From positions 30,167 to 94,166 of the IMG/VR virus record IMGVR_UViG_3300046656_000613: 64,000 bases of DNA; one strand, 5' to 3'. Every line of letters starts with the position of its first letter. The stretch's first letter is position 1. Of this stretch, positions 26,579 through 35,433 are shown in pieces. Both the position numbers and the translations under genes were made by a program. The DNA comes from a virus (taxonomy: Duplodnaviria > Heunggongvirae > Uroviricota > Caudoviricetes). Below the pieces are notes generated by a model, which saw only the letters and a program-made list of their open reading frames with translations, was not told where the DNA came from and made no database searches.

Positions 26579-27579
26579 AGCAGCGCTCCGACATACGAAC
26601 CATTGGCAGAATAGTTGGACTGACGCTTGCCTCCGCGCTCATAGCCGCCCTCCATCAGCCGAACGAAGCTTTTCGACTGAAGCAGGAAATCGAAATCAGC
26701 TTTCCAGCCCCGTTCGTTGTCGCCAAGCAGGAAGCCGGACTTCTCGACCTTGGCCATCACCTCCAAGAATTTCTGAAGTGAACCGGCATCCCTGATCCGG
26801 GCGACAATGGCCGCGCCACGGGTGGTCGTGAGCTTCTCCATCTTCGCCAATCCGCAGCGTCCGGCCAGTTCGTTCCAGGCCCTAGCGACGATGCGCGCCG
26901 CCTCGATCGCATCGATCATTTTTGGCGCCTCGACGGGAGGGGCGTCAGACGGCCCGGATGACGAGTCCTCGTTAGAGGACTTCTTCTCTAAGGGAATGGG
27001 AATGGGAATGGGAAGCATTGCCGTCGCATCCTCTGCGACCTTGATTTTATTGACTTTTTTCGCTGTCTTTCGCGGAAGTTTGCTCGAAGTTTGGGGCAAA
27101 CTTGGCTCAAACTTGGCGGAAACTTCCTCGGAACTGCGGTTTGCCTGCCAGCGCGCATGGGCATTTGCGGCAGCCTGTTTGATACGCTCGGCCCGCTTAA
27201 TTCGCTCCCGCTCGAAGCGGGCATTTGTCAGACAGCCGGCGCGAATAATCACCTTCCCGGCCGACACCAGGACTTCCTTAATCCGCTTCCAGACGCGCAG
27301 CGACAGGCCCATGGAAACCGACATAAAGCGGTCATCATCCGGCAGGGGCTTTCCACGCTGATAGAGGCGATTGAGGAACCGGCAATAGGCGCCCTCCAGC
27401 TCCAGGCTGAGACCCATGGTCCCGCCGAGCCAGTCGCCGATGTGCCAGTCAATATGATGGAATTGGACGATCTCGTCGGGACTCGAAACAGACGAGTCAA
27501 CAGGTTCCCCAGACTCTGTGGGAAACACGTGTGAAACAGGGCTTGCATCCATTAGGGAGCGCATGTATATATACCCCAT
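26575..27579 (-). CDS. phage replication initiation/organizer protein
   Basis: N-terminal YCRFLNRLYQRG motif as in DUF1376-type replication proteins; contains a PIPIPIP run from a (GGAATG)3 tandem repeat. Confidence 0.45.
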   Translation of the reverse strand: MGYIYMRSLMDASPVSHVFPTESGEPVDSSVSSPDEIVQFHHIDWHIGDWLGGTMGLSLELEGAYCRFLNRLYQRGKPLPDDDRFMSVSMGLSLRVWKRIKEVLVSAGKVIIRAGCLTNARFERERIKRAERIKQAAANAHARWQANRSSEEVSAKFEPSLPQTSSKLPRKTAKKVNKIKVAEDATAMLPIPIPIPLEKKSSNEDSSSGPSDAPPVEAPKMIDAIEAARIVARAWNELAGRCGLAKMEKLTTTRGAAIVARIRDAGSLQKFLEVMAKVEKSGFLLGDNERGWKADFDFLLQSKSFVRLMEGGYERGGKRQSNYSANGSYVGALL

Positions 27580-27894
27580 GTCGTCGCGCCCCCCGCTTCG
27601 ACATGCGAAAGGCGGCCCCGGAAAACGCTTAGCGTCCCAGGTGGTTGTCAGTAAACCGGATGGAAGCCACAGGCGTGGCAGCAGGAGCTTCTTCCCGGAT
27701 CGCCCCCTTCCGATATTGCGACGGCCCCTTCGGGGGTCGTTTGCATTTCGGGGAGGTTTCCCCTTGTCTCACAGACTCGGGATGGGAGCAAGCCGGGAAT
27801 CTCTTGAAATTGGCCGCGGATCGGCATACATTCTCCAGCACGATATGCGGTTGAACTTGCCGTCATCGCTTAAAATGAGGTGGCGGTTTTTCTT

Positions 27895-27935
27895 GTTGAC
27901 AGGGGTTGCATGATGCAATAGAAACTGTCTCACAG
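27895..27935 (+). promoter_or_regulatory. sigma70-like promoter TTGACA, 17 nt, TAGAAA, overlapped by palindrome TTGCATGATGCAA
   Basis: Located 20-55 bp upstream of the 27953 ATG; the perfect 6-bp-arm inverted repeat is a likely operator. Confidence 0.45.
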
Positions 27936-27952
27936 AAGGCGAGACACACATC

Positions 27953-28684
27953 ATGAAACTGAATCAGATTATCGCGATCGAGAAGGGCGTGAAGGCGCGC
28001 GCCCAGGAAACCCTCGATGTTCTCTACAAAGTCGTGCAGAAGCCGGCCCTGTTCGAGGGCATGACGCGCGTCTACCGCCCCAAAAACGATGAGGGCGATA
28101 AGCTGCCGGGCGAGCGGAAGGTGGTGCAGTATCGCGTTGACGATGCGCTCAGCACGATCCGGCTGGCGGAGACCGAGGCGATCAATGTGACGGCCCAGAA
28201 AGAGCAGGCCAACACTGTGGCAGCCGCGCCGGTACTTGTCGATGGGAAACTGGTCATCGGCAAGGTTCCCGCGACGACGCTGCTGTTCCTGGAGCGCCGG
28301 CTGACGAATCTGCGCACGTTTCTGGAAGCGCTGCCCGAGCTGGACATCGGCGAGGAATGGGAGCCCGACTATGATTCCGGGCTGAGCCGCACGGCGCCGG
28401 TGGAGACCCAGCGCACCGTGAAGCTCCAGCGCCCGCTCGTGCTGTTCCCGGCGACCGACAAGCATCCGGCGCAGACCCAGGTTGTTACCGAGGACGTCCT
28501 GGCCGGCTTCTGGAACACCACGCGGCAGTCCGGCGCCATCGCCAAGACCCGCAAGCTGGAGCTGATCGATCGGGTGGACAAGCTGCTGATCGGCGTCAAG
28601 GAGGCCCGCGAGGAGGCCAACAGCGTGGATGCTGGCGAGCGCGCCAATATCGGCGGCGCCATTTTTGAGTTTCTCCTGAAATAG
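27953..28684 (+). CDS. hypothetical protein (243 aa)
   Basis: ORF track; immediately followed by the tRNA-like cluster. Confidence 0.45.
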   Translation: MKLNQIIAIEKGVKARAQETLDVLYKVVQKPALFEGMTRVYRPKNDEGDKLPGERKVVQYRVDDALSTIRLAETEAINVTAQKEQANTVAAAPVLVDGKLVIGKVPATTLLFLERRLTNLRTFLEALPELDIGEEWEPDYDSGLSRTAPVETQRTVKLQRPLVLFPATDKHPAQTQVVTEDVLAGFWNTTRQSGAIAKTRKLELIDRVDKLLIGVKEAREEANSVDAGERANIGGAIFEFLLK

Positions 28685-28689
28685 GAGTC

Positions 28690-29080
28690 CGAAAGTCTTA
28701 GACTGGTCTTTAGGCTAAAGCAGTGACGTGCTGGTTCGAGTCCAGCCCCCGGCACCAACCTATGCCGGGGTGGCGAAATGGTAGACGCAGCGGTTCCCAG
28801 GATCGTGTCACTTCAGATTTAGACTATTCCAACCAGACTGAGCAGATGCCGTGCCGGACCTATCGACCGGCTCCACAATGAAACGATAGACAGGAGTTCG
28901 AATCTCCTCCGGCTCGCCAAATCCTTATGAGCCGGTAGTCTAGTTGGTATGACGATCGTTATAAGCTTAAGTGGAGTCTAAACTGCCGAGGTCTGGAGTG
29001 AGCGGTTTAGGTAGCTCAATGGGTAGAGCAACACCCTTGTAAGGTGTCGGTAGCAGGTTCAAATCCTGCCCTATATCAAA
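28690..29080 (+). other. cluster of chimeric or permuted tRNA-like segments (three units) ending in a tRNA-Thr(TGT)-like gene with no CCA (29007..29078)
   Basis: Perfect T-arms GCTGGTTCGAGTCCAGC and AGGAGTTCGAATCTCCT; D-arms TGGCGAAATGGTAGACGC and TAGTCTAGTTGGTATGAC; each 3' acceptor strand pairs with the 5' acceptor of the next unit rather than its own. Confidence 0.5.
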
Positions 29081-29136
29081 CGGGCCGTCGGGGCAGGCTA
29101 GTCCCCGGCGGCCTTCATTGCGACCGGATACAGCAG

Positions 29137-29334
29137 ATGAAGCAGGAAGACTTTCGACGAGCCGGCGAGACCCTATACGGCGAAAAATGGCGAGAACCCC
29201 TCTCCAAGGCCCTCGACATCAGCCCCTCGACAGCATGGCGCTATTGGCGCGGCAAGCTACCCATTCCCACCAAAGTTGAACTGGCCGTCCAGAAGCTTCT
29301 CGACAATGCAGAACGCGAAAAAGCCCGGCACTGA
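29137..29334 (+). CDS. small putative DNA-binding protein (65 aa)
   Basis: Internal ATG of ORF 29044..29334; basic, Trp-containing helix-rich sequence. Confidence 0.3.
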   Translation: MKQEDFRRAGETLYGEKWREPLSKALDISPSTAWRYWRGKLPIPTKVELAVQKLLDNAEREKARH

Positions 29335-29351
29335 CGCCGGGCTTTCGTGTT

Positions 29352-30209
29352 TTAAAGATCCAGGCTGCCCTGCTTTGGCGATTGCTGCTCCTGGCTAAAA
29401 TGTTGCTTTAATTCTTCTTCGCGATGCTGTTGGCCGAATTTATACAGCAGCACCATGGCGCCCTTCCACGTCAGCCGAATTCCCATGCACATCCTGCCAT
29501 TGATCACTTCGCGCCACCGAACGACATAGGGCTTTTTCAGGCGGGCCTTGTTTTCGGTCGGCACCCATGTCCCATCGAGCCTGTAGGCCCAGCCCTCCGC
29601 CTTGATGGCGGGGAACAGCTCTGTGCGCGGATGAATTCCAAGCCATTTTGCCATCCATGTAACGGTGACGGTTCCCTCCTGATCCTTGATGGCGTGGAGC
29701 GTGGCGTGCGACGGCTCGGTGATTTCCAGCCGCTTGTCTTTATGCTCGGACGCGGCCTCGGCGATCTCAGCGCGCTCGATGGCAATCCTGCGCTCCTTCT
29801 CGATCTGCCCAGCCAGGATCAGCGCGTCGCCGAGATTGTCGGGGATCTGGAATTTTGGCTTAACGCTATAGGAGCCGGTTTTGCGGATCGACGGCAGCAC
29901 CTCGCCGGCCAGCCATTTCTGGATTGGCAGTGCCTTCGGCATGTCGGAGCGGATCAGGTAGAAATTGACGCCCTCTTCGGTGAGAACCAGCATTTGCTGT
30001 GATCCGCCAGGGGTCCATACAGAGTGGACCCCTTGCCACTCCTGCGGAACATGCCGAATGCTCTCTCCAGCTTTCCACACCGCCCCGACGCTCTCCACCA
30101 CATCCTTGGCGACGAACAACGGAATGCCGCCATCCCCCGCGGCCACCCGAACCTCGATTTCTTCCAACCGATAAACGGTCGGGACATTCCCAGCAGTCCC
30201 CATTGACAC
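29352..30209 (-). CDS. phage antirepressor (Bro-N / KilA-C domains)
   Basis: N-terminal FVAKDVVESVG Bro-N-like region and a C-terminal KilA-C-like region. Confidence 0.65.
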   Translation of the reverse strand: MSMGTAGNVPTVYRLEEIEVRVAAGDGGIPLFVAKDVVESVGAVWKAGESIRHVPQEWQGVHSVWTPGGSQQMLVLTEEGVNFYLIRSDMPKALPIQKWLAGEVLPSIRKTGSYSVKPKFQIPDNLGDALILAGQIEKERRIAIERAEIAEAASEHKDKRLEITEPSHATLHAIKDQEGTVTVTWMAKWLGIHPRTELFPAIKAEGWAYRLDGTWVPTENKARLKKPYVVRWREVINGRMCMGIRLTWKGAMVLLYKFGQQHREEELKQHFSQEQQSPKQGSLDL

Positions 30210-30356
30210 CCTCCTGATATCAGATATCGTGTGTCCATATGGTTTTGAGACACTCCGAATGATTGCAAAGATTGCCGATTTGGGCTCGGCAATCTCTTGC
30301 TTTTACCACACCTGTGACAATAAAAAAGCCCGGCTCATCACCGGGCCTTCGTGTTT

Positions 30357-30851
30357 TCAGGGCCTGCGCTGGATGCCCTCTTCCGGGCTGAGGCTGTCCC
30401 AGAAATCAATCGGCAGCGCGCAGGAGCTGTCGTGCTTGCAGGCGATCCGCACAGCCGTCATGGCGTTGGCTCCGCCCTCCATGGCGCCGATGGCATACTC
30501 CGAACCCGAGCCGATCCCAGCCGGCGCGCCCAGCTTCCAGGGATAGGGCGCGCAATAGGCAATGCACCAGCACTGCCAATGCGCGGCGTCCGCGGAAATC
30601 ACCAAAAAATTGCCGAAGTTTTCGGTGTTGCCCTGGCCGATCCCCGGCATCTCCCCGATCCCCGCGCCGTCCCGCCACCACTCGGCCAGCTTGCTCAGAT
30701 GCGTATCGACGATCCGGCCGCTCGCGCCATAGGCCCGGCCGTCGGCATAGAGCAGCTTCGAGTCCGGGGTGCCCTGGACGATGCCCGTCCCGCCGACGCT
30801 GAAGCGCGTATCGGCCGCCAGGAAGCGGCCATCCCAAGCAATAACCGTCAT
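30357..30851 (-). CDS. Ntn-hydrolase family protease (HslV/proteasome-beta-like)
   Basis: MTVIAWDGRFLAADTR with Thr directly after the initiator Met, then G-rich strands typical of HslV-like folds; internal Met start. Confidence 0.5.
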   Translation of the reverse strand: MTVIAWDGRFLAADTRFSVGGTGIVQGTPDSKLLYADGRAYGASGRIVDTHLSKLAEWWRDGAGIGEMPGIGQGNTENFGNFLVISADAAHWQCWCIAYCAPYPWKLGAPAGIGSGSEYAIGAMEGGANAMTAVRIACKHDSSCALPIDFWDSLSPEEGIQRRP

Positions 30852-31276
30852 GCCACGGCCCGCAGGGTTTCCGTCGGCACCGCCAGTACGAGGCCGGTGA
30901 AGGCTTTCCCATGCGTGCCGACCCTGGCCGCTACCCCGCGGATGAACTTGCCCTTGCTGAGCGGCATCAGCTCCTCGGCCCGGCACCATGCCAGATAATT
31001 CTTCCAGGCATTGTCATACGGGCAGGGAAGGCTTACATCAGAAATACTGGTGCATTCGTCCAGCCAATGAGCAGCGCGGCCGACGGTGCGGTGCTTGTGT
31101 CTCTCCCGGCGCGGGGCCTGGGCGCGCTTGGCGGCTGGCGGCGCGAATTCGGGGTGGAACGCGGAAGCGTAAGTGGGCATCTTCGCCGCAGGCGCGGTGG
31201 CCGATTTGGCCGCGGGAACAACAAGTTTCGGTGTTTTCTTAGCTGGCAGCATCCATGAGAAAAGGAAACGGAACAT
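30848..31276 (-). CDS. hypothetical protein
   Basis: ORF track; start uncertain. Confidence 0.3.
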   Translation of the reverse strand: MFRFLFSWMLPAKKTPKLVVPAAKSATAPAAKMPTYASAFHPEFAPPAAKRAQAPRRERHKHRTVGRAAHWLDECTSISDVSLPCPYDNAWKNYLAWCRAEELMPLSKGKFIRGVAARVGTHGKAFTGLVLAVPTETLRAVA

Positions 31277-31378
31277 AGTCCACCTTCGGATTGTAGTTTC
31301 GGATAACTCCTCACGCAACGCACTGATTTCACACGATTTTTTATAATAGTTTGGCGATACCGGGGCAGGATCGAATTC

Positions 31379-31834
31379 CTACCCGAGGTAATCCGTGTTG
31401 TGTTTCTCCTCAAATTCTCGGCGCTCGCTCTCCTCCTCAAATCTATTGAGGTAGAGTTCGATCAAGCGCTCCTCATTGCGTCGCCATTGCAGCCGCATGA
31501 TCGCGCTAGGCGACAGAGACCGGAGAGCAGCAAGATCTGGATCAAGCAGCCGGCTCTCCCGCGCAGTGCGATGAAATTGCCGCGCTTTCCAGGCTGGCAG
31601 GCCGCGTTTCCTAAAGAAGGCCGAAAGCATGCGGCCGGCGAGCCGCCCAATCCCGCCCTCGCTATGCCCATTTACATAGGGCTCCGCGACGGGATAGGCA
31701 GCCGGACCGAGGCTGCCCTGGACGCCGGCCCCGATGCGCGCCAAGCCATGGGCCTGGATCTCCGCAGCGGCCGAGCGCGCCACGAGCGTGGCGGCCGGCA
31801 CTGCCCGGAAGAATGCCCTCCGAGTAAAATTCAT
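31379..31834 (-). CDS. hypothetical exported protein with Tat-like signal
   Basis: N-terminal RRAFFRAVPAATLVARSAAA. Confidence 0.4.
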   Translation of the reverse strand: MNFTRRAFFRAVPAATLVARSAAAEIQAHGLARIGAGVQGSLGPAAYPVAEPYVNGHSEGGIGRLAGRMLSAFFRKRGLPAWKARQFHRTARESRLLDPDLAALRSLSPSAIMRLQWRRNEERLIELYLNRFEEESERREFEEKHNTDYLG

Positions 31835-32367
31835 GGCTGGCAGGGCCTTCCCTCGGCCGTGCAGCGCTTATTGATTCCGCGGTCGCCGATGATCCGGCAC
31901 TTGCCGACGGTGAAGCCCTGGGCGTAGCGCTCATCGACATAGTTTTCGTTGAGGCTGAGGCGAACCTGCTTGCGCCATTCCTTCAGCGCCGAGCCGCGCG
32001 CAAGCCCTTCTGTCCAGCGCGCATCGCCCTTCACCGCGATGTACGGGCCGCAGCGGCTGGCAGAGCGGACCCGCACCGGCCGGCTATCATCGACATAGCG
32101 GGCGGCAGCCTGACGGCGCGGCGTGTAGGAGGCGACACGGCGGCGGGCCTCACGCTCGGCCTGGATGCGCCGGCACTCGCGCCGGGTGAACTCGGGAGGG
32201 CAGGCCCAGCCGCGCAGGGGAGCCGCCTGATAGCTGTAGGCGCGCCGCGCGGGCGCCGGGCCGTCCTTGTAGCCTCCGCAGTCCTGGTGGCGCGGATTGC
32301 AGCCGTCAGCCTGCGCGGGGGCCGCCAGGAGCAGCAGCGCGAGCGCGGCGAATGTCGTCTTGAACAT
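31831..32367 (-). CDS. secreted Cys-rich protein
   Basis: Signal peptide MFKTTFAALALLLLAAPAQA; several Cys residues. Confidence 0.45.
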   Translation of the reverse strand: MFKTTFAALALLLLAAPAQADGCNPRHQDCGGYKDGPAPARRAYSYQAAPLRGWACPPEFTRRECRRIQAEREARRRVASYTPRRQAAARYVDDSRPVRVRSASRCGPYIAVKGDARWTEGLARGSALKEWRKQVRLSLNENYVDERYAQGFTVGKCRIIGDRGINKRCTAEGRPCQP

Positions 32368-32524
32368 GGAATGATCTCCGGTTCTTCATATTACAGTCAG
32401 ATTCGGGGCGTTAAACAAGAAGGGGCCGGTGACAACACCCCGCTGTCACCGGCCCCCATTCGAAGATGCCCTCTTCGAGAAAATCACCCGGCGCTTGGTA
32501 TCGCGTGCGCCGGGTTTTTTGTGA

Positions 32525-33352
32525 CTATTCGAGGCCGGGGATGGTCCCGCCGATGCGATAGTTGAGGCCGGCGCGGATCACATCGAAATTCAAATCCGAT
32601 TCGAAGCTATCCGTGTTGAAGGGCTGGCCAGTGGCGGTCTTGCCCTTGAAGGCGTAGTCTTCGGTGCCGAGATCGACGTGAAGATACTCGATCTTGAATG
32701 TCCAGCCGCTGCCGATGACAGTCTCGATGCCTGCGCCGGCAACCCAACCGACATGGGTTTCTTCTGCACTGGCGTTTGAGGTCTTGCCCTTGGGACCGTA
32801 GCAGGGCGGGCACGGATAGCTGATTTCCAGATCTGCTTCTGTCTGCGCCCAGGCCAGACCGCCTGTGACATACGGCATGAACCGGCCGGCGTCGTAGCCG
32901 AGCCGAGCGCGCACGGTGCCGAAATATTCCATGGACAGATCGTGCTTTTTGACGAAGCCGCCCTTGTAATCGTCGGTTGTGAAGGTGTCGCCACCCTCAA
33001 AATCGGTAGCCGAGACATCGGCCTCAAGGCCGAGAACGATCTTGCCGATCTGTCTGTTCGCGCCGATTGTCAGCCCGGCATTCCAGCCATCCCCGTCGAT
33101 TGAACGATTGGGGTTGTCAAATCCCGCGTCGTCGGTCTTGCCTGTTTTGGGATCGGTATAAGCAAGGGTGCCGTCCCACTCGCCGGTTGCCCAGCCGCCC
33201 GTGACGCCAACATAGAAGCCAGTCCAGGTGATGGCGGGCATATAAGACGCCGGGGCGTCCTTCGTGGAATTCCCATAGATATCGGCACCATAGGCGGCGC
33301 CGCTGCTTGCCAGCGCGACTGCCAGCGCCGCGATTCCGATTGTACGTTTCAT
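32525..33352 (-). CDS. outer-membrane beta-barrel protein (Omp25/Omp31/RopB-type)
   Basis: Signal peptide MKRTIGIAALAVALASSGAAYGA; alternating beta-strands; C-terminal aromatic barrel motif LNYRIG. Confidence 0.7.
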   Translation of the reverse strand: MKRTIGIAALAVALASSGAAYGADIYGNSTKDAPASYMPAITWTGFYVGVTGGWATGEWDGTLAYTDPKTGKTDDAGFDNPNRSIDGDGWNAGLTIGANRQIGKIVLGLEADVSATDFEGGDTFTTDDYKGGFVKKHDLSMEYFGTVRARLGYDAGRFMPYVTGGLAWAQTEADLEISYPCPPCYGPKGKTSNASAEETHVGWVAGAGIETVIGSGWTFKIEYLHVDLGTEDYAFKGKTATGQPFNTDSFESDLNFDVIRAGLNYRIGGTIPGLE

Positions 33353-33484
33353 AATAACCCCTTCCGATTTGCGCCGATCTTGCGAGTCGGCAGACATTGC
33401 GTAGCACAATGAAAAAGGCCGCGGGAAGCGGCCTCTGTCGTTTTCCGCTAAGTAATGGATGGTATTGTGGTGTTTACGCCACAG

Positions 33485-33670
33485 CTATCGCCACTGCCCA
33501 TGTGCGTTTTTCCGCAGCGGACTGCGCTGATAGAGGCCGCAACTGTCACAAAAGTCTTCGGTGATACCGTTCGTCCAGGTGCGCGGTGCGATCTGGGGAT
33601 TCTTGCAGCAGGGCTTGTCGAGCAGGCGGAGAACCCGTTCCGCTATCAGATCATAGAGGGCGCGTATCAT
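33485..33670 (-). CDS. hypothetical protein (61 aa)
   Basis: ORF track. Confidence 0.25.
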   Translation of the reverse strand: MIRALYDLIAERVLRLLDKPCCKNPQIAPRTWTNGITEDFCDSCGLYQRSPLRKNAHGQWR

Positions 33671-33891
33671 TTAACCTCCACAGGCGGATGATAGCCAAAG
33701 TCCCATTCCTGGATGAGAAAGTCCAGCGCGCGCCATTCTTCCTCGGTCGGCTCATGTCCGGTCGGATGGTTATAATACCATGTCTCCGACAGGTGCCAGC
33801 CCTTCTCTTTGAGGAAGGCCATCGCCTTGTCTTCGCCGATGCCATCCTGCCCGCCCCACTCGGCGCGCAGTTCATCGCTGGCGCTGGGCAT
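33667..33891 (-). CDS. hypothetical protein (74 aa)
   Basis: ORF track. Confidence 0.35.
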   Translation of the reverse strand: MPSASDELRAEWGGQDGIGEDKAMAFLKEKGWHLSETWYYNHPTGHEPTEEEWRALDFLIQEWDFGYHPPVEVK

Positions 33892-34421
33892 CAGTCGGGC
33901 CGATCCGCTTCCATAACGGTGACGTCGCCGATAGTGACATCGGGGGCGTTACCGGCCGCCTCGTATTCCGCGGCTTCCTGGGCGGTCATCTCCTGATTGA
34001 ACGTGTCCTCGGGAAGATTGATGCGCTCGGGCTTGAAGATGGCGCGATTGATCGCCATGAACGCCTGTTCGATGTGGGTGCGGCCAATGGCCAGCCAGCG
34101 CTGATCAACAAGCTCATCGCCCTTGAAATCATCAAGGCGCCGGAGGACTCGCTCCTCAAGCTGCTTGTTGATGTTGACGACGGCGATTCGACTGTCGGGC
34201 TGCGCCGTGTAGCCGGCGACGGGAAGGGGGCTGTGGGTGGCCGGAGGATCGAGCGCATCGGCCGCCGCGCCGATCTGCTTTGCCAGGGTCAGCGAGATGA
34301 GTTCGCTGCCCAGGCTAGGGAACACCAGCTCGACCACAGGCCCCTGTGCGTTTTCGTATTCCTCCGAGCCTCTGTTGTGAGTGACGATCGTGAAATCGTC
34401 GGCCGTGTAAACTCTCTTCAT
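33891..34421 (-). CDS. hypothetical protein (176 aa)
   Basis: ORF track. Confidence 0.45.
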   Translation of the reverse strand: MKRVYTADDFTIVTHNRGSEEYENAQGPVVELVFPSLGSELISLTLAKQIGAAADALDPPATHSPLPVAGYTAQPDSRIAVVNINKQLEERVLRRLDDFKGDELVDQRWLAIGRTHIEQAFMAINRAIFKPERINLPEDTFNQEMTAQEAAEYEAAGNAPDVTIGDVTVMEADRPD

Positions 34422-34425
34422 GATC

Positions 34426-34773
34426 CTACCAGTAATAGCAGTGTTTATCGTGACTCTTCGGCCATACCGCGCCGTCGGGATCGATCTTGCCGATCATGAC
34501 GTTGCGGGTGATCTGCTTCGCCCTGCGCCGCGCCGGGCGCGTGTGGAACAGAATATCCCACCAGCGAGGCCAGTTGCGTCCGAACCAGTGGCCGTCAGGC
34601 CAGTAATGCCGGCGCTCCTCGCGGTAGCGCAGATACTCCAGGGTGTTGTGCGGCGGCGCGTCCTTCCAATCAGGAAGGATAAAGGGCTTGAGCCCGTGGC
34701 GTTTCCGCATTGAAGTCGTGCTCGTGTGCGCCCCGCCTGTCGTGCGGGGCCGCTTGCGCTTGTAATGCGCCAT
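34426..34773 (-). CDS. hypothetical basic Trp-rich protein
   Basis: ORF track. Confidence 0.35.
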   Translation of the reverse strand: MAHYKRKRPRTTGGAHTSTTSMRKRHGLKPFILPDWKDAPPHNTLEYLRYREERRHYWPDGHWFGRNWPRWWDILFHTRPARRRAKQITRNVMIGKIDPDGAVWPKSHDKHCYYW

Positions 34774-34795
34774 AATAGGTCTCCATGATGGTTAC

Positions 34796-34987
34796 TTAAT
34801 TCATGGCGGCCTCCTTAATCTTGAATCCATTGGCGTTGCACTTGCCGCAGATCAGCCGGTCGCCCAGCAGGGTGATGAACTGATCGCCCCGGCGCAGGAC
34901 TTGCCCGCATCCGATGGCCTCACAGGCGCCGATCACTTGATCGCCGGCCACGGTGCCGAGCTTGGGATAGGGCGACTTGCGTTTCAT
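34796..34987 (-). CDS. small zinc-ribbon protein
   Basis: CEAIGCG...CGKC motif. Confidence 0.35.
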   Translation of the reverse strand: MKRKSPYPKLGTVAGDQVIGACEAIGCGQVLRRGDQFITLLGDRLICGKCNANGFKIKEAAMN

Positions 34988-35400
34988 GGCGCAATGCTGC
35001 TCAATTTATAGGTTTGATGCGGCACATTGTCAATCAGCCGGTCGCCCGCGCCGAGCAGCAGCCCCTCCTCGATCATCCGCTGGATGCGGCTGTCGGGCAG
35101 GCGCTTGGGCGTGTTGAGCGGACGGCCCAGCGAGTCCATCGAGACGAAGCCGCCCAGCCGGCGAATGGTCTCGGCCGCCTCCTTCATCCGCTCCGGCTCC
35201 ATCGCGCGCATCTCGGTGATGTGCAGCTCGACCGCCAGCACGGTGAGCTTGCACGGGCGCCTCTTCCCGTCCAGCAGCCCATGGACGAAGCCGTTATAGG
35301 TCACGGCGTCGATGGAGTTCCGGCTGGCGCCGAATTCCCTCAAGAACGTCTCGACCACTTCGGCGAGCGGATGCCGCTCGATAGGTTGCTCACTCATCAC
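34984..35400 (-). CDS. hypothetical protein (138 aa)
   Basis: ORF track. Confidence 0.4.
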   Translation of the reverse strand: MMSEQPIERHPLAEVVETFLREFGASRNSIDAVTYNGFVHGLLDGKRRPCKLTVLAVELHITEMRAMEPERMKEAAETIRRLGGFVSMDSLGRPLNTPKRLPDSRIQRMIEEGLLLGAGDRLIDNVPHQTYKLSSIAP

Positions 35401-35433
35401 GCCTTGCCCTTATACCTGATTTTGGTGTTGGCC

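Noticed and set aside
28716-28765. 3' tRNA fragment as a phage attachment-site remnant
   Set aside because: The fragment is immediately followed by a complementary 5' tRNA half and two more such units, which fits a tRNA-like cluster better than a simple att duplication; no integrase is in the window.
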